Numbered from the stretch's first letter, positions 42,091 through 51,479 are shown. The stretch: DNA of 64,000 nucleotides from Candidatus Multivoradales bacterium (GCA_965223855.1 CBDCXM010000008.1:320001-384000), one strand, 5' to 3'. Program-made: numbers and translations. Notes: generated from the sequence alone by a model not told the origin.

Positions 42091-42959
42091 GCGACCGAGC
42101 CAGGGGAAAGGTGCTGCTCTCCGGTGAAAGCCGCGAGAAGGCGGGGCACTATGTCGAGGCGCTCAAGGTCGGTGGTCTCGATCCCGACAGGGTCCTGCCG
42201 CTGGCACCCGAGGATGGACCGTTCGACGCCGAAGAGCTCCGTTCGCTGGCAGCCGAGGCCGACGGGGTGCTCGTCTGTGGTGGCCCGGACGTCGCCCCCG
42301 AGCGCTATGGCGAAGAACGCCGCGCCGACGCCAACCTGAGGATCGTCGAATCGCTCGACGCCCTCGAGCTCGAGCTGCTGGCGGGAGCCGACGAGGGCGC
42401 CACCCCGGTTCTCGGCGTCTGCCGCGGCCAGCAGCTGCTCAACGTCTATCTGGGAGGCTCGCTCCATCAGGACCTGCCCAGCGAGCTCGAGGAACCGTTG
42501 ACGCATCGGCTGAGCGAGCCGCTCCATGCACTCGCCCATGAGGTGCGGGTGACGAACCACTCCACCGAGATCGGGCGGCTCTACGGATCCGATCCGATCC
42601 CGGTGAATTCCCGCCACCATCAGGCAGTCAAGCGGCTGGGCCGCGACCTCGTCGCGGTCGGGCACTCGGACGACGGCGTGCTCGAGATCGTGCAGGCCGA
42701 CGACGACCGGTGGTGGCGGTGGGCGGTGCAGTGGCACCCCGAGAACCTGATCTCGCACGAGGTGCATCGCCGCCTGTGGCGGGCGTTCGTCGGCCGCGTG
42801 ACGGTGGAACGGGTCGGCGGCGAGCGAGTCAGCGTCGAGCGGGTGTCGGTGCCCGGCGTCTCCGTGGATGTGGGCACGAGCGCACAACCCGGGACCGAGG
42901 AGCGTCCGGCGGAACGAGAATCCGCTGAGGCCGAGCGCGTGCCCGTGGCGTCGAGATGA
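42087..42959 (+). CDS. PuuD-like gamma-glutamyl hydrolase (class I glutamine amidotransferase, peptidase C26)
   Basis: GGPDVAPERYG, GVCRGQQLLNV, VNSRHHQAV, VQWHPE. Confidence 0.88.
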   Translation: MSDRARGKVLLSGESREKAGHYVEALKVGGLDPDRVLPLAPEDGPFDAEELRSLAAEADGVLVCGGPDVAPERYGEERRADANLRIVESLDALELELLAGADEGATPVLGVCRGQQLLNVYLGGSLHQDLPSELEEPLTHRLSEPLHALAHEVRVTNHSTEIGRLYGSDPIPVNSRHHQAVKRLGRDLVAVGHSDDGVLEIVQADDDRWWRWAVQWHPENLISHEVHRRLWRAFVGRVTVERVGGERVSVERVSVPGVSVDVGTSAQPGTEERPAERESAEAERVPVASR

Positions 42960-43723
42960 GTCCAGCGGTGCGGCACGAGGTGAGCGGGGGCGTCGCGCGT
43001 CTGACGATCGACCGCCCACCGCTCAACATCCTCGATCTCGACACCCTGGCGGCCCTCGACTCCGCGCTCGCCACGCTGAGCGACGACTCCTCTGCACGTC
43101 TGCTGGTGGTGTCCGGCGCGGGCGACCGTGCCTTTTCGGCCGGTGTCGCGGTCGAGGATCACACTCCGGACCGCATCGAGTCGATGCTCGATCTCTTCCA
43201 TCGCTGCCTTCGGCGGCTGACGGAGCTGCCGGTCCCCAGCGTGGCCGCCGTCCGCGGCCACTGCCTCGGAGGCGGTATGGAGCTGGCGGCGGCCTGCGAC
43301 CTGAGATTCGGCAGCGACGACTCCCGCTACGGCCAGCCGGAGATCGAGCTCGGCTGCTACCCGCCGTGGGCCGCCGCCCACTACCCCGCCCTGCTGGGGG
43401 TCGGCACCACCATCGACCTGCTGCTCACCGGGAGGATCGTCGACGGTGAGGAGGCGGCCCGAATGGGCTTCCTCCACCGACTCGTCGAAGCCGCTCGGCT
43501 GGAGGAAGAGGTCGAGAAGTTTGCCGCGGCGGTCACCCGCCAGAGTGCCGCGGTGGCCCGCCTCGCGATGCGGTCGATCCGTGCCCGGCGCGAAAGCGAG
43601 TTCGGAGCGGCGCTCGCCGAGAGCGAGCGTCTCTACGTCGACGAGCTCACCGGCACGCGCGACATGATCGAAGGCCTCGAAGCCTTCCTCCAGAAACGAA
43701 CCCCCGAGTGGCAGCACCGCTAA
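42956..43723 (+). CDS. Enoyl-CoA hydratase (Dch-like dienoyl-CoA hydratase)
   Basis: RPPLNIL, FSAGVAVEDH, GHCLGGGMELA, GQPEIELG, ERLYVDEL. Confidence 0.82.
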   Translation: MSPAVRHEVSGGVARLTIDRPPLNILDLDTLAALDSALATLSDDSSARLLVVSGAGDRAFSAGVAVEDHTPDRIESMLDLFHRCLRRLTELPVPSVAAVRGHCLGGGMELAAACDLRFGSDDSRYGQPEIELGCYPPWAAAHYPALLGVGTTIDLLLTGRIVDGEEAARMGFLHRLVEAARLEEEVEKFAAAVTRQSAAVARLAMRSIRARRESEFGAALAESERLYVDELTGTRDMIEGLEAFLQKRTPEWQHR

Positions 43724-43743
43724 CCCTCTACAGGAGATCTCCG

Positions 43744-44520
43744 ATGTCCGATGTCCTCTTGCAAGAACGCGACGGCCGCGTCGCCATCCTCACCATCAAC
43801 CGCCCGGACAAGCTCAACGCGCTCAACCAGGAGGTGCGCGACGCGATGGTCGCGGTCCTGCCCCAGCTCGCCGAGGACGACTCGGTAGGGGTCGTCGTCA
43901 TCACCGGCGCCGGCGAGAAGTCGTTCGTCGCCGGAGCCGACATCGGCGAGTTCGAGGGGCGCAGCCCCTTCGACCAGCGTGAGGCGATGGCGAGCCCGCG
44001 GATCTTCGATGTGATGTCGGGCTTCCCCAAGCCGGTCATCGCGATGATCAACGGCTTCTGTCTCGGCGGCGGCTGCGAGCTGGCGATGTCGTGCGACCTG
44101 AGAACGGCGGCGGACAGCGCCCGCTTCGGCCAGCCGGAGATCAACCTCGGCCTCATCCCCGGCGGCGGCGGTACGCAGCGGATGCCGCGTCTGGTCGGTA
44201 CCGGCCAGGCGATGCGCCTCATCCTCTCCGGCGACATGATCCCGGCGGCCGAGGCGAAGGAGCTGGGCCTCGTGGAACAGGTGTTCGCCGCCGACGAGCT
44301 GCGGGAGAAGACTCTCGAGCTCGCGCAGCGGATCGCCTCGAAGAGCCCGCTCACCCTGCGGATCGCCAAGGAAGCGGTGCGCGCGGCGGAGAGGCTGTCG
44401 ATCGAGGACGGCATCACCTACGAGCGCGACCTCTTCTGCCTCGCCTTCTCGACCGAGGACAAGGCCGAGGGCGTCGCCGCCTTCCTCGCAAAGCGTCAGG
44501 CCGAGTGGAAAGGACGGTGA
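43744..44520 (+). CDS. Enoyl-CoA hydratase (crotonase)
   Basis: NRPDKLNAL, FVAGADI, GGGCELAM, GQPEINLGLIPGGGGTQR. Confidence 0.92.
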   Translation: MSDVLLQERDGRVAILTINRPDKLNALNQEVRDAMVAVLPQLAEDDSVGVVVITGAGEKSFVAGADIGEFEGRSPFDQREAMASPRIFDVMSGFPKPVIAMINGFCLGGGCELAMSCDLRTAADSARFGQPEINLGLIPGGGGTQRMPRLVGTGQAMRLILSGDMIPAAEAKELGLVEQVFAADELREKTLELAQRIASKSPLTLRIAKEAVRAAERLSIEDGITYERDLFCLAFSTEDKAEGVAAFLAKRQAEWKGR

Positions 44521-44990
44521 ACTCGCTCGGCGAGCGACTGGCGCGGCGGCTGGCGGCGTCGGAGACCTACTTCCGGCGCTCCACCTCCTGCCTGCAGGAG
44601 GAGCACTCCGGATTCCGACCGACGGAGTCCGGCTACACCGTCGCCGCTCACGTCGCGCACGTCGCGTTGACCGTCGACTGGTTCCTCGAAGGTGCCTTCG
44701 GCGACGGGTTCGACTTCGATGTCGAGAGCCACGACGCACAGGCGCGCGCCGTCACCTCGCTCGCCGAGGCACGGCTTCAGCTCGAAGCGGCTTTCCAGCG
44801 CGCGACCGTCAGGCTCACGACAGCCGCCGACGACGAGCTGCAGGCCGCGCTCCCCGACGGTCCGGTCATGGGAGGCGAACCGATCGCCGCGATCGTCGGC
44901 GGCATCGAGGAGCACACGGCGCACCACCGCGGTGCGCTCGCCGTCTACTCGCGGCTCCTCGGCCTCGAGCCGCCGATGCCGTACATGTAG
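44517..44990 (+). CDS. DinB/YfiT-family protein
   Basis: GTGA overlap, FRPT..YTVAAHVAH, HTAHHRGALAVYSRLLG..PPMPY. Confidence 0.85.
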   Translation: MNSLGERLARRLAASETYFRRSTSCLQEEHSGFRPTESGYTVAAHVAHVALTVDWFLEGAFGDGFDFDVESHDAQARAVTSLAEARLQLEAAFQRATVRLTTAADDELQAALPDGPVMGGEPIAAIVGGIEEHTAHHRGALAVYSRLLGLEPPMPYM

Positions 44991-44997
44991 AGGCGGC

Positions 44998-45642
44998 TCA
45001 GCCCCCGGTCGCGCTGCACTCGATGCGGGCGAGACCCTCGAGCCAGGTTTCGCCGCCGTCCCACGAGCGGTCCTTGCGCCAGAGAAAACTCTCGCCGGTG
45101 ATGTCGTGGAAGGTGTTGCGATCGATGAACTCGCCGCGCGGATCGCTCCCCTCGCCGCCGAGCATGACCATCGTCTCCCCCTCCCGACGGGCGCTGAAGT
45201 ACTTCCACTGCCGGGCGATGGGGGCGAGCCATCGGTTGTCCCACTCTCCGCGCTCGCTGTCGAACGAGCGCAGGTTGACGCCCCGGAACTCGCGACCGTC
45301 GGGGAGGGTCGAGATCCACTCGTCGGCGATCGCCCAGCCGCCCAGCACCCAACGTCCGTGCCATTCCGCAGCTCGCTCTTCGGTCAGCGAGCCGTCCGGC
45401 TGCATCTGGCGCGTCAGACAGTGCCAGTCTCCCACCAGGAAAGCGAACTGCTCGATCTCGTCGGGAGCGTCCGGATGCCGACCTTCCGCCTGCGAGAGGG
45501 CCACCACCGGCCCGTTGAGGAGCGCGGCCGCCAACGCGAGGGGGGCGACGATTCGAAAAGCGGTCCGCCCGTCGGCACGGCGAGCCGCTTCGGATGGCGC
45601 TGAGGCGGAGAGGGACGGTACGGACGGAGGCGGTGTCGGCAT
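44998..45642 (-). CDS. Exported Trp-rich beta protein (DUF1579-like)
   Basis: Signal-like helix, QFAFLVGDW, GRWVLGG, SWDGGETW. Confidence 0.65.
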   Translation of the reverse strand: MPTPPPSVPSLSASAPSEAARRADGRTAFRIVAPLALAAALLNGPVVALSQAEGRHPDAPDEIEQFAFLVGDWHCLTRQMQPDGSLTEERAAEWHGRWVLGGWAIADEWISTLPDGREFRGVNLRSFDSERGEWDNRWLAPIARQWKYFSARREGETMVMLGGEGSDPRGEFIDRNTFHDITGESFLWRKDRSWDGGETWLEGLARIECSATGG

Positions 45643-45657
45643 CAGGGCGAGTTCTCC

Positions 45658-46728
45658 TCAGGTGGTGTTCTCTACCTTCAACGTATCGCCGCCGCCATTG
45701 TTCCTGCCTCCCATCAGGGGCATGGCGCAGAGAACCAGCGCCCCCGCCACGAGGAGCGTCGGTACCAGCTGGAGATCCGGCCGCCCACCGGCGCCGAGGG
45801 CGGCAACCCAGCGGACCAGGTAGCAGCCTGTCGGGAGCAGTCCGAGGGCGACGATCGGGCGACGCACCGTCCAGCCACTGACGAGGAGCGGCAGAGGCAG
45901 CAGCACCGTCGAGGGCACCGGCGCCACCGCCCAGGCGAGTGCCGCGGCCCAGCGGACTCCCCTGCGGTCCGCGGCAGCCGAGCCGCGTCGGGCGCGCCAG
46001 CGGAACAACACGAACTGACCCAGCCAGCAGGCGAGCCCGATCCAGTAGAGGCTCCTGCGGGTGAGCACCCGCCCGTCCACCACCAGGTAGGCGCTGTCCC
46101 AGACCGGCGCCCCGGCCAGCGCGTCGAGGCGCCGGACGGCGGCGGCGAGCCAGGAGGCGACCGCCTCGTCATCGAGCGTCACCGGGGTCTGCGCAACCAC
46201 CAGCGGCCCGCCCCAAGCCGGTTCCTGCGGGCCTCGACGCGATCCGAGAGGTCGGAGGGAGCGCTCGACGAGCTGCCCGATCCAGGAGCTCCGGGTGTCG
46301 GCGACCTCGACCCGCACCGGCGTCACCTCGCCGGCCTTGAGCAGTGCGTGGATCCACCAGCCGGGAGTCCGCTCCAGGCCGGTCGTCGCCGAGCGCAGGA
46401 CGATCGGAGCTCGATCCAAGGCTTCCCGATCTCCAGCAGCACGGTGCCGCAGCTCGACGGCAGCAAAGGACGGACCGGGCGTCCGACCCTCTTCGCCGGG
46501 GACCTCTGCTCCTTCGCCCGGAACCGACCCGACGACGGTGACCGCGATTCCGAGCGGCGTGCGGGCAAGGTCGGCGGCAAGGGCGGTAGCCACCGCCTCA
46601 CCCCGCTCCAGGCGCGACAGGTCGATCGACACCGTCCGCCGCGCCTCGACCGCCGCCGAGGCACCGGCGGCGATCAGGGACATCACCAGCCCGGCACGCA
46701 GAGTCCTCAGGGCTGGTCCCCCTTCCAA
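45658..46728 (-). CDS. Hypothetical membrane protein
   Basis: Open frame after the sigma-54 activator gene; TTG 46728 with GAGGGG RBS (ATG 46683 is an alternative); several C-terminal TM helices. Confidence 0.55.
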   Translation of the reverse strand: MEGGPALRTLRAGLVMSLIAAGASAAVEARRTVSIDLSRLERGEAVATALAADLARTPLGIAVTVVGSVPGEGAEVPGEEGRTPGPSFAAVELRHRAAGDREALDRAPIVLRSATTGLERTPGWWIHALLKAGEVTPVRVEVADTRSSWIGQLVERSLRPLGSRRGPQEPAWGGPLVVAQTPVTLDDEAVASWLAAAVRRLDALAGAPVWDSAYLVVDGRVLTRRSLYWIGLACWLGQFVLFRWRARRGSAAADRRGVRWAAALAWAVAPVPSTVLLPLPLLVSGWTVRRPIVALGLLPTGCYLVRWVAALGAGGRPDLQLVPTLLVAGALVLCAMPLMGGRNNGGGDTLKVENTT

Positions 46729-46738
46729 ACGGGTCCCC

Positions 46739-47653
46739 TCACGGAATGTCGTAGCGCTTGCGCTTGTCCCACAGCGTCTTCCGGCTGATGCCGAGGATGC
46801 GCGCCGCCTCGCCCTGATGGCCGCGGGTGAAGCGCAGGACGGCGAGGATCTGGCGGCGCTCGACCTCGGCGAGCGAGGCCGGCCGTTCGGAGGCGTCGAA
46901 CGGCGGCTCGGGATCGAGCACCGTCGCGCGCGGCCTCGCCACCAGTTCGCGCTCGAGGACGTTGCGCAGCTGGCGCAGGTTGCCGGGCCACGAGTACTGC
47001 GCCATCCAACGCAGCGCACGGTCGCTCAGCCGCAGTCGCGGCCTGCCGGAGCGCCGGGCGAGGTCGTCGAGGAAGTACTCGAAGAGGCTCGGCAGATCGG
47101 TGGCACTGTCCGCCAGCGCGGGAACCACGAAGGTCACGACGTCGAGCCGGTAGTAGAGGTCGGCCCGAAAGAGCCCCTGCGCCACTCGATCGGCCAGGTC
47201 GGCAGCGCCGATCGCGACGAAGCGCACATCGGCCCGGCGCTCGCGGCCACCGACCGGGTCGTACTGACGCTCCGCGAGCAACCTCAGCAGCTTCGGCTGG
47301 CTGGCGAGCGGAAGCTCCTCGACGTGATCGAGAAGCAGCGTGCCGCCGTTCGCCCGGGCGACACGCCCGGCCGCCGAGCGGGTCGCACCGGTGAAGGCGC
47401 CCTTGCGAAAGCCGAAGAACTCGCTCTCGAAGAGCGTCGAAGGGAGCGCCGCCACATCGACCTCGACCAGCGGGCCGTCGGCGCGACGCGAGATGGCGTG
47501 GATCGCCCGGCCGAGACTGCTGCGACCGGTCCCCGGCTCGCCGAGGAGCAGGACCGGAGCTTCCGACTCGGCGGCACGCTCGATCTGTCGCAGGAGCGGC
47601 TCGAGACTCGGTCGTGCCGTGGCGAACGCTTCGAGCGCCGCGGCGCCGCTCAC
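46739..47653 (-). CDS. Sigma-54 activator (bEBP) homolog with AAA+ and Fis-HTH only and degenerate Walker motifs
   Basis: GEPGTGRS, ESEFFGFRKGAFTGA, LLLDHV, FRADLYYRL, WPGNLRQL, AARILGISRKTLW; GTG start overlaps the rsfS stop. Confidence 0.88.
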   Translation of the reverse strand: MSGAAALEAFATARPSLEPLLRQIERAAESEAPVLLLGEPGTGRSSLGRAIHAISRRADGPLVEVDVAALPSTLFESEFFGFRKGAFTGATRSAAGRVARANGGTLLLDHVEELPLASQPKLLRLLAERQYDPVGGRERRADVRFVAIGAADLADRVAQGLFRADLYYRLDVVTFVVPALADSATDLPSLFEYFLDDLARRSGRPRLRLSDRALRWMAQYSWPGNLRQLRNVLERELVARPRATVLDPEPPFDASERPASLAEVERRQILAVLRFTRGHQGEAARILGISRKTLWDKRKRYDIP

Positions 47654-48021
47654 CTCAGCTCTTGTGTCACGTCGGGGGCGTCGCCCCAGAGCCGCTCCAG
47701 CCCGTAGTAGGCGCGGGTCTCGGGATCGAAGACGTGAACGACGATGTCGCCGTAGTCGAGCAACACCCATCGCCCCTGACGACCGCCCTCGACGTGCAGC
47801 GGTCGCGCGCCGGCGTCGCGAAGCCGTCGCTGGATCCCCTCGGCGATCGCCTGCACCTGACGGTCGCTCCTGCCGGAGCAGACGACGAAGAAGTCGGTGA
47901 AGTCGCTGATGTCACCGAGGGCGAGCACCCGCAGGTCGAGCGCCTTGCGATCTTCGGCGGCGGCGACGACGTCCCGGAGTTCCGAGGGCAGGTCTGCGGT
48001 CTGGGGAGCCGTCGCACTCAT
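47650..48021 (-). CDS. rsfS: Ribosome silencing factor RsfS
   Basis: AAEDRKA, TDFFVVCSGRSDRQVQAIA, WVLLDYGDIVVHVF...RAYYGLERLW. Confidence 0.94.
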   Translation of the reverse strand: MSATAPQTADLPSELRDVVAAAEDRKALDLRVLALGDISDFTDFFVVCSGRSDRQVQAIAEGIQRRLRDAGARPLHVEGGRQGRWVLLDYGDIVVHVFDPETRAYYGLERLWGDAPDVTQELR

Positions 48022-48653
48022 GAATAGAGGCCGTACTTCGTCACGTACTGTAGCACCCGGGGGTCGAGCTCGCCGACCGGCGGTGCCCCGGAAGCGAAAG
48101 CCGCCCGGATTCGTGTCGCCGAGATCGACAGCGGCGTGTTGTCCACCCACCGGACCCTCTCGAGCAACCGGCGCAATGCCGGGCCCGCCGCGTCCTCCAC
48201 CCGCCGTGCTTCCCAGTCGGGACGGCGAAGCACCACGACGGTCGCAAGCTCGAAGATCTCCTCCCACCGTCGCCAGGTGTCGAGGGCGGCCAGCGAGTCG
48301 GACCCGACCAGAAGGTGAAGGTCGGCATCCGGCCGAGTCTCGCGCAGCCTCTCCAGGGTCTCGATCGTGTACACCGGACCTTCCCTCATCTCGAGGTCCG
48401 AGGCGGCGAGAGCTGGATGATCGAGCAGCGCAAGCTCGACCATCGCAAAACGCCGGACGGCCGGAGCGAAACGCCTCCCGGGCTTGTGAGGTGGGCTCGC
48501 CGTCGGCAGGTAGAGGACCTGGTCGAGGTCGAGCTGCTCGGCCGCACACAGCACCGGTTCCACGTGGCCGCGATGAATCGGATCGAAGCTGCCGCCGTAG
48601 ACACCGACCCTCGCAGCGGCAACCGACGGGGCGGACGGGTCGGACTCGCTCAC
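48018..48653 (-). CDS. nadD: Nicotinate-nucleotide adenylyltransferase
   Basis: GGSFDPIHRGH, PPHK, YTIETL, GSDS, ISATRIR. Confidence 0.94.
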   Translation of the reverse strand: MSESDPSAPSVAAARVGVYGGSFDPIHRGHVEPVLCAAEQLDLDQVLYLPTASPPHKPGRRFAPAVRRFAMVELALLDHPALAASDLEMREGPVYTIETLERLRETRPDADLHLLVGSDSLAALDTWRRWEEIFELATVVVLRRPDWEARRVEDAAGPALRRLLERVRWVDNTPLSISATRIRAAFASGAPPVGELDPRVLQYVTKYGLYS

Positions 48654-49651
48654 GCCTGCTCCTTCCCCAGCAGCTTCCTGACCTCGTGGAGGAGCTGCTG
48701 CACCCCTTCACCGGTCACGGCGCTGATCTCGTGGTGCCCGAGCCCGCGGGCCTCCGCGGCGCGCGCGACCGCCTCCCGCCGCTCGTCGAGCGCCGCGTCG
48801 AGCTTGGTCCCCACCAGAAACCTCGGTCGCTCGAGCAACGTCGCATCGAACGCTCCCAGCTCGCTCTCGATCGCCTCGATCTCCGCGAGCGCGCTCCCCT
48901 CGGCGGCGAGATCGACGAGATGCAGGAGCACCCTGCAGCGCTGAACGTGCCGGAGAAACTGATGGCCCAGGCCCGCGCCGTCGGCGGCGCCGGCGATCAG
49001 TCCCGGCAGATCGGCGACGACGAAGGGATCGGCGTACACACCACCCGCGACCACTCCGAGCTGCGGCACCAACGTGGTGAAGGGGTAGTCCGCCACCTTC
49101 GGCCTCGCGGCCGAGACCGCGCTGATGAAGGTCGACTTCCCGGCGTTGGGAAGCCCGACCGTCCCGACATCGGCCAGCAGCTTCAACTCGAGGCGCAGCG
49201 ACCGCACCTCTCCGGCCTCGCCGGGATCGGCCCGCCGCGGCGCCTGATTGGTCGACGACACGAAGCGCGCGTTGCCACGCCCGCCGCGTCCGCCCTGCGC
49301 CACCAGAAGGCGCTCGCCTGCTGCGACGAGCTCGCCGACGGTCTCGCCGCCCGGCTCCTCGTACACAACGGTGCCCAGTGGTACCCGAACGACCAGATCG
49401 GCACCGCTGCGCCCGGTGCGATTCGACCCTTCGCCGTGGCGCCCGCGTTCGGCGCGATGGTGGGGATTGAACCGCTGCTGTTGAAGGGTGTTGAGTTGGC
49501 CGTCCCCTTCGAGCACGACCGAACCGCCGGCACCGCCGTCTCCTCCGGCCGGGCCGCCTCGGGGCACGAACTTCTCGCGGCGGAAGGCGACACAACCGTC
49601 GCCGCCCTTGCCCGCCTCGACGTGGATCACCGCCTCATCGACGAAGTTCAC
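48650..49651 (-). CDS. obgE: GTPase ObgE/CgtA
   Basis: FVDEA, FRREKFVPRGGP, GLPNAGKST, YPFTTL, DLPG, TKLD. Confidence 0.96.
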   Translation of the reverse strand: MNFVDEAVIHVEAGKGGDGCVAFRREKFVPRGGPAGGDGGAGGSVVLEGDGQLNTLQQQRFNPHHRAERGRHGEGSNRTGRSGADLVVRVPLGTVVYEEPGGETVGELVAAGERLLVAQGGRGGRGNARFVSSTNQAPRRADPGEAGEVRSLRLELKLLADVGTVGLPNAGKSTFISAVSAARPKVADYPFTTLVPQLGVVAGGVYADPFVVADLPGLIAGAADGAGLGHQFLRHVQRCRVLLHLVDLAAEGSALAEIEAIESELGAFDATLLERPRFLVGTKLDAALDERREAVARAAEARGLGHHEISAVTGEGVQQLLHEVRKLLGKEQA

Positions 49652-49732
49652 GTCGAGAAGCCTCGAAGGAGCCCGGAATCGCCGTCGTTTCCGGCCCGGC
49701 CCGGGTGATCGGGCGGGAACGGGTGCCGGCCG

Positions 49733-49990
49733 TCAGTCGGCGGCGAGGACGTTGACGTAGGTGCCCATCCGCCCACGGTCGCGGAACTCGACCACCCCGT
49801 CCGCGGTTGCGAAGAGGGTGTCGTCCTTCGCCCTGCGCACATTGGCGCCGGGAAAGAACTTGGTGCCGCGCTGCCGCACGATAATCGTTCCGCCGGTGAC
49901 CTTCTGGCCGCCGAAGCGCTTGACGCCGAGATGCTGCGGATTGGAGTCCCTGCCGTTGCGACTCGAACCCTGTCCCTTCTTATGAGCCAT
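49733..49990 (-). CDS. rpmA: 50S ribosomal protein L27
   Basis: [16 protein letters not shown]...IIVRQRGT. Confidence 0.98.
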   Translation of the reverse strand: MAHKKGQGSSRNGRDSNPQHLGVKRFGGQKVTGGTIIVRQRGTKFFPGANVRRAKDDTLFATADGVVEFRDRGRMGTYVNVLAAD

Positions 49991-50008
49991 CTGCTGAGTC
50001 TCCGCTCG

Positions 50009-50326
50009 TTACGCCTGGATGGAGTCGATGCGCACGCGCATCAGATCCTGCCGGTGTCCATTCAGCCGCTTGTAGCCCTTGCGGCGCTTCTTCTTGAAGA
50101 CCCTGACCTTCGAGCCACGGACCTCTCCCACCAGCTCGGCGGTGACCGAGGCACCATCGACCGTCGGCGTTCCGACGCGCGAGTCCGCGCCCGAACCGAC
50201 CATGAGAACGCGGTCGAAAGTCACCGTGTCGTCGTTCTTGCCCGAAGTCTCGGTAAGCTCGACGTCGAGGACGTCACCTTGCTCCACGCGGTATTGCTTA
50301 CCGCCAGTCTCGATCACTGCATACAT
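50009..50326 (-). CDS. rplU: 50S ribosomal protein L21
   Basis: MYAVIETGGKQYRV...FKKKRRKGY...GHRQ. Confidence 0.98.
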   Translation of the reverse strand: MYAVIETGGKQYRVEQGDVLDVELTETSGKNDDTVTFDRVLMVGSGADSRVGTPTVDGASVTAELVGEVRGSKVRVFKKKRRKGYKRLNGHRQDLMRVRIDSIQA

Positions 50327-50369
50327 GGGTGTGAACCTTTCCTGAGCGCCGGACGGCGCAAGAACGCGG

Positions 50370-50398
50370 AAGTTAGCAAAACGGCCTCTCCCGGTCAA
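50370..50398 (-). promoter_or_regulatory. Sigma-70 promoter of the rplU operon
   Basis: TTGACC-N17-TAACTT with an extended TG. Confidence 0.7.
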
Positions 50399-50439
50399 CG
50401 CCGCCCCCTGGGGGCACACTCCGAACCACTTTCCGAACC

Positions 50440-51264
50440 ATGTTGAAGCTCTTCAGCCGCTGGACCCGCCTGCGACTGCGCCTTCGAGGGGTGGAGGTCG
50501 AGAACCGGGAGTTCGCCGGTTTCGACGTCCGCTACTACAGCTCGGAGGGAAACCCCCATGAGCCCTGGCTGCTTCTCCACGGTCTCGGCTCCACTGCGCT
50601 GACCTGGCATACGACTCTCGCTACCCTCGCCGGCTGCCGGGTGTGGGTGCCCGAACTGTCGGAACTCGGCGGCACGCGAGGCCCCGACCCCGCCCTCAAC
50701 GTCCGCCAGGGAGCCGACGCGATGGCCCGGTTGCTCGAGACGCTCTCGCCGGGGCAACCGGCCACCGTGTGCGGCATCAGTCTCGGCGGCTGGATGGCTG
50801 TCCGTCTCGCCCTTGCACGGCCCGACCTCGTGTCGAGAGTGGTCCTGATCAACTGCGCCGGCTTCCTCGACCAGGACTGGGAAGCCATCGAGCGGCTGAT
50901 CAGGGTGCGCGACCGCGACGACGTCTCCCGCCTCTACGGGGCGCTCTTCGTCCGCACCCCATGGATCCTTCGGCTGTCGCGAGGGACGTTCCTCGAGGCG
51001 TTCACCTCGAACGCCGTCGAGCACATTCTCTCGACCCTCTCAGAGAACGACGCCTTCGACGAACGGGAACTGGCCGGCCTCGGTCAGCCGACGCAGCTGA
51101 TCTGGGGGCGCTGGGACGGGCTCTTTCCACTCGAGACCGGCGAGCGCATGGCGGCTGCGATTCCGGACAGCCGACTCGCCGTGCTCGACGCCGCCCATGG
51201 CGTGCACTGGGAGTTTCCGCGTAGGATGAACGCCGTCATCGAAGACTTCCGTCACTCCACCTGA
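50440..51264 (+). CDS. Alpha/beta-fold hydrolase
   Basis: LLHGLG, nucleophile elbow GISLGG, IWGRWD, AAHG. Confidence 0.88.
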   Translation: MLKLFSRWTRLRLRLRGVEVENREFAGFDVRYYSSEGNPHEPWLLLHGLGSTALTWHTTLATLAGCRVWVPELSELGGTRGPDPALNVRQGADAMARLLETLSPGQPATVCGISLGGWMAVRLALARPDLVSRVVLINCAGFLDQDWEAIERLIRVRDRDDVSRLYGALFVRTPWILRLSRGTFLEAFTSNAVEHILSTLSENDAFDERELAGLGQPTQLIWGRWDGLFPLETGERMAAAIPDSRLAVLDAAHGVHWEFPRRMNAVIEDFRHST

Positions 51265-51275
51265 GGCACCGGCCG

Positions 51276-51479
51276 TTGGCCAAGCTCAACCTCGTCTCAC
51301 CCGACTACCTGATCTGTTGCGACTGCGAGTCGCCGATCTACACCTTCGAGTGGAAGGACGGCGCCCCGAAGGACGTCCTCTGCGAGGTGTGCGGCAACGA
51401 GGAGGACGAGATGTTCCTGACCGAGGAGCAGTTCGAGGCGTACGCCCACAGCGACAAATGGCACTACAGCGGCCGCTGA
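51276..51479 (+). CDS. Small acidic zinc-ribbon protein
   Basis: 67 aa with CCDC...CEVC pairs, GC3-rich codons, 11 nt after the hydrolase stop. Confidence 0.7.
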   Translation: MAKLNLVSPDYLICCDCESPIYTFEWKDGAPKDVLCEVCGNEEDEMFLTEEQFEAYAHSDKWHYSGR

